Shown here one piece after another: positions 63,133-64,000 of a stretch of DNA of 64,000 bases. Origin of the DNA: Acidimicrobiia bacterium (lineage in GTDB: Bacteria > Actinomycetota > Acidimicrobiia > IMCC26256 > JAENVU01). Below the pieces are notes generated by a model, which did not search any database, was not told the origin of the DNA, and saw only the letters and a list, made by a program, of their open reading frames with translations. The first letter of the stretch is position 1. Each line of letters begins with the position of its first letter. The stretch covers positions 66,588 through 130,587 of the forward strand of contig JBBSBV010000004.1 in assembly GCA_038250905.1 (NCBI GenBank), given 5' to 3'. The position numbers were made by a program, and so were the translations under genes.

Positions 63133-64000
63133 GTGAACGGCCGCCGCGGAGTGCGGCCGACACCCCCGGAGGCGGACCCATCAGCGAGCATCTGACTCGT
63201 CGTACCGTGCGGCCCGTGAGCGGCGACGCTCGCGCCCGGCGCTACGCGCTGCGTGCTGTGCGGCAGTCGCCGGCCCGGCTCGCGGCGCCGGAGCCCCACG
63301 TGTGGTTGCCGATCCTGGACCTCACCGCCGACCTCGACGCGCTCGACCTCAGTGCGGAACTCGAGACCCTGGATCTCGACGACGAACTCGAGACCCTCGA
63401 CCCGGCCGACGATGCCTTGACCGACGATGGGGGTACCGACGCCCTCGGCATCACCGAGGAGCTCGAGCTGCTCCTCTTCACCGAGGGTCAGGACGACCTG
63501 GCACGCGAACTCGAAGCCATCGAGACGGGCTTCTGGCGCGCGGCGGAGACCGACCATCCCTTCCTCACCGGCGAGCTGCCCGTGATCCGGACGGACACGC
63601 CGGCGGTCGCGACCCCGGCTCCGGACCCCGACCTGGCGCTCGCCGCCGTCCCGGCCTCACCTGGAGTCGAGGAACCGGCCGCCGTCGTTCCGCAGGCGCT
63701 CGCAGCACCGGTCGTCCCCGCGCCGGCTCCGGTGGCGACGGTCGTCGAGTCGACCACGGAACTCCTCGGCCCCATGATCCCCGCGGCCTACGCGAGCGTG
63801 CGGCCGAACCGGCCCGCGATCGTGCACCGCAAACGGGCGCTGCGGATGCGGCGGCGCATCATCGTCACCGTGCTCGTGACCGCGGTGGCCGCGGCGTGCG
63901 CCGGCGTGACCGCCCGCGTGCTCGGCGGGACCCGCCCGCAGCGCGACGTCACCGTCTCGATCGACGGTCGTGCGAACACGGTGGTCACCCGCGCCGGCAC
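63133..64000 (+). CDS. RpfB-like resuscitation-promoting-factor gene, 5' portion, with an acidic repeat-rich N-terminal extension; 3' end off-window.
   Basis: One open frame with high GC3 from 63121 to the window end. It ends with KRALRMRRRIIVTVLVTAVAAAC (basic stretch, TM helix, lipobox) then VTVSIDGRANTVVT, as at the start of mycobacterial RpfB. Position after metG-tatD matches actinobacterial synteny. Start uncertain: GTG at 63133/63151 or ATG at about 63766. Confidence 0.5.
63355..63410 (+). repeat. In-frame 27-nt tandem repeats (GAACTCGAGACCCTGGATCTCGACGAC / GAACTCGAGACCCTCGACCCGGCCGAC) encoding ELETLDLDD / ELETLDPAD in the acidic extension of the RpfB-like gene.
   Basis: Read from the sequence. 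Confidence 0.6.

Noticed and set aside
63117-63775. Minus-strand ORFs (63117..63557, 63242..63481, 63488..63775) opposite the acidic repeat region.
   Set aside because: The sense frame has much stronger GC3 bias and continues without stops to the window end; these are shadows of the repeat region.

Overview
High-GC (about 70%) actinobacterial chromosomal segment, densely coding on both strands. I called 62 protein genes from the ORF track; no rRNA, tRNA, CRISPR array, transposase or integrase was found. The last four genes are rsmI, metG, tatD and an RpfB-like gene, the same order as Rv1003, metG (Rv1007c), tatD (Rv1008) and rpfB (Rv1009) in M. tuberculosis, which suggests an actinobacterial lineage. 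The rest is metabolic housekeeping (acyl-CoA dehydrogenase, acyl-CoA synthetase, enoyl-CoA hydratase, WS/DGAT, several SDRs, SerC, an MsrPQ-like pair), transporters (an ABC-FtsX triple, MMPL, two MFS, VIT1, a Kef-like antiporter), regulators (Crp, MarR, Rrf2, an OmpR-type two-component pair, AbrB-like) and envelope proteins (flotillin, NodB and PIG-L deacetylases, OatA-like acyltransferase, SIMPL, lipoproteins). Many ORF-track entries are R/G-rich antisense artefacts or 5' over-extensions that I trimmed by frame arithmetic. Coordinates I read directly from the sequence lines (repeats, operators, hairpins) may be off by a base or two.

The most interesting items:
1. A candidate selenoprotein (43533-44060, minus strand): two ORF-track entries are one reading frame joined by a single in-frame TGA inside a U-G-S-C motif, with a stable hairpin starting 4 nt downstream. 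It is translationally coupled to a 476-aa CxxC-containing protein upstream.
2. A roughly 1750-aa secreted protein (21089-26350) built from three tandem copies of a module: a propeller-like domain, PKD domains and a DNRLRE-type domain.
3. A palindromic motif, TTGCAC-N5-GTGCAA, found upstream of three separate secreted-protein or lipoprotein genes, suggesting an unidentified regulon.
4. A family of GAGCG-rich repeats of about 100 nt, with copies in convergent intergenic gaps.
5. Short tandem duplications of stop/start gene junctions that create 3- and 4-codon mini-ORFs between coupled genes.
6. A cyclic-nucleotide-themed neighbourhood: Crp with a Crp-like box, a GAF protein coupled to an S8 peptidase, and an MFS transporter fused to a cNMP-binding domain.
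7. A 28-aa very basic micro-gene with a strong RBS (bL37-like).
8. An RpfB-like gene whose reading frame carries an unusual acidic tandem-repeat extension at its N-terminus.
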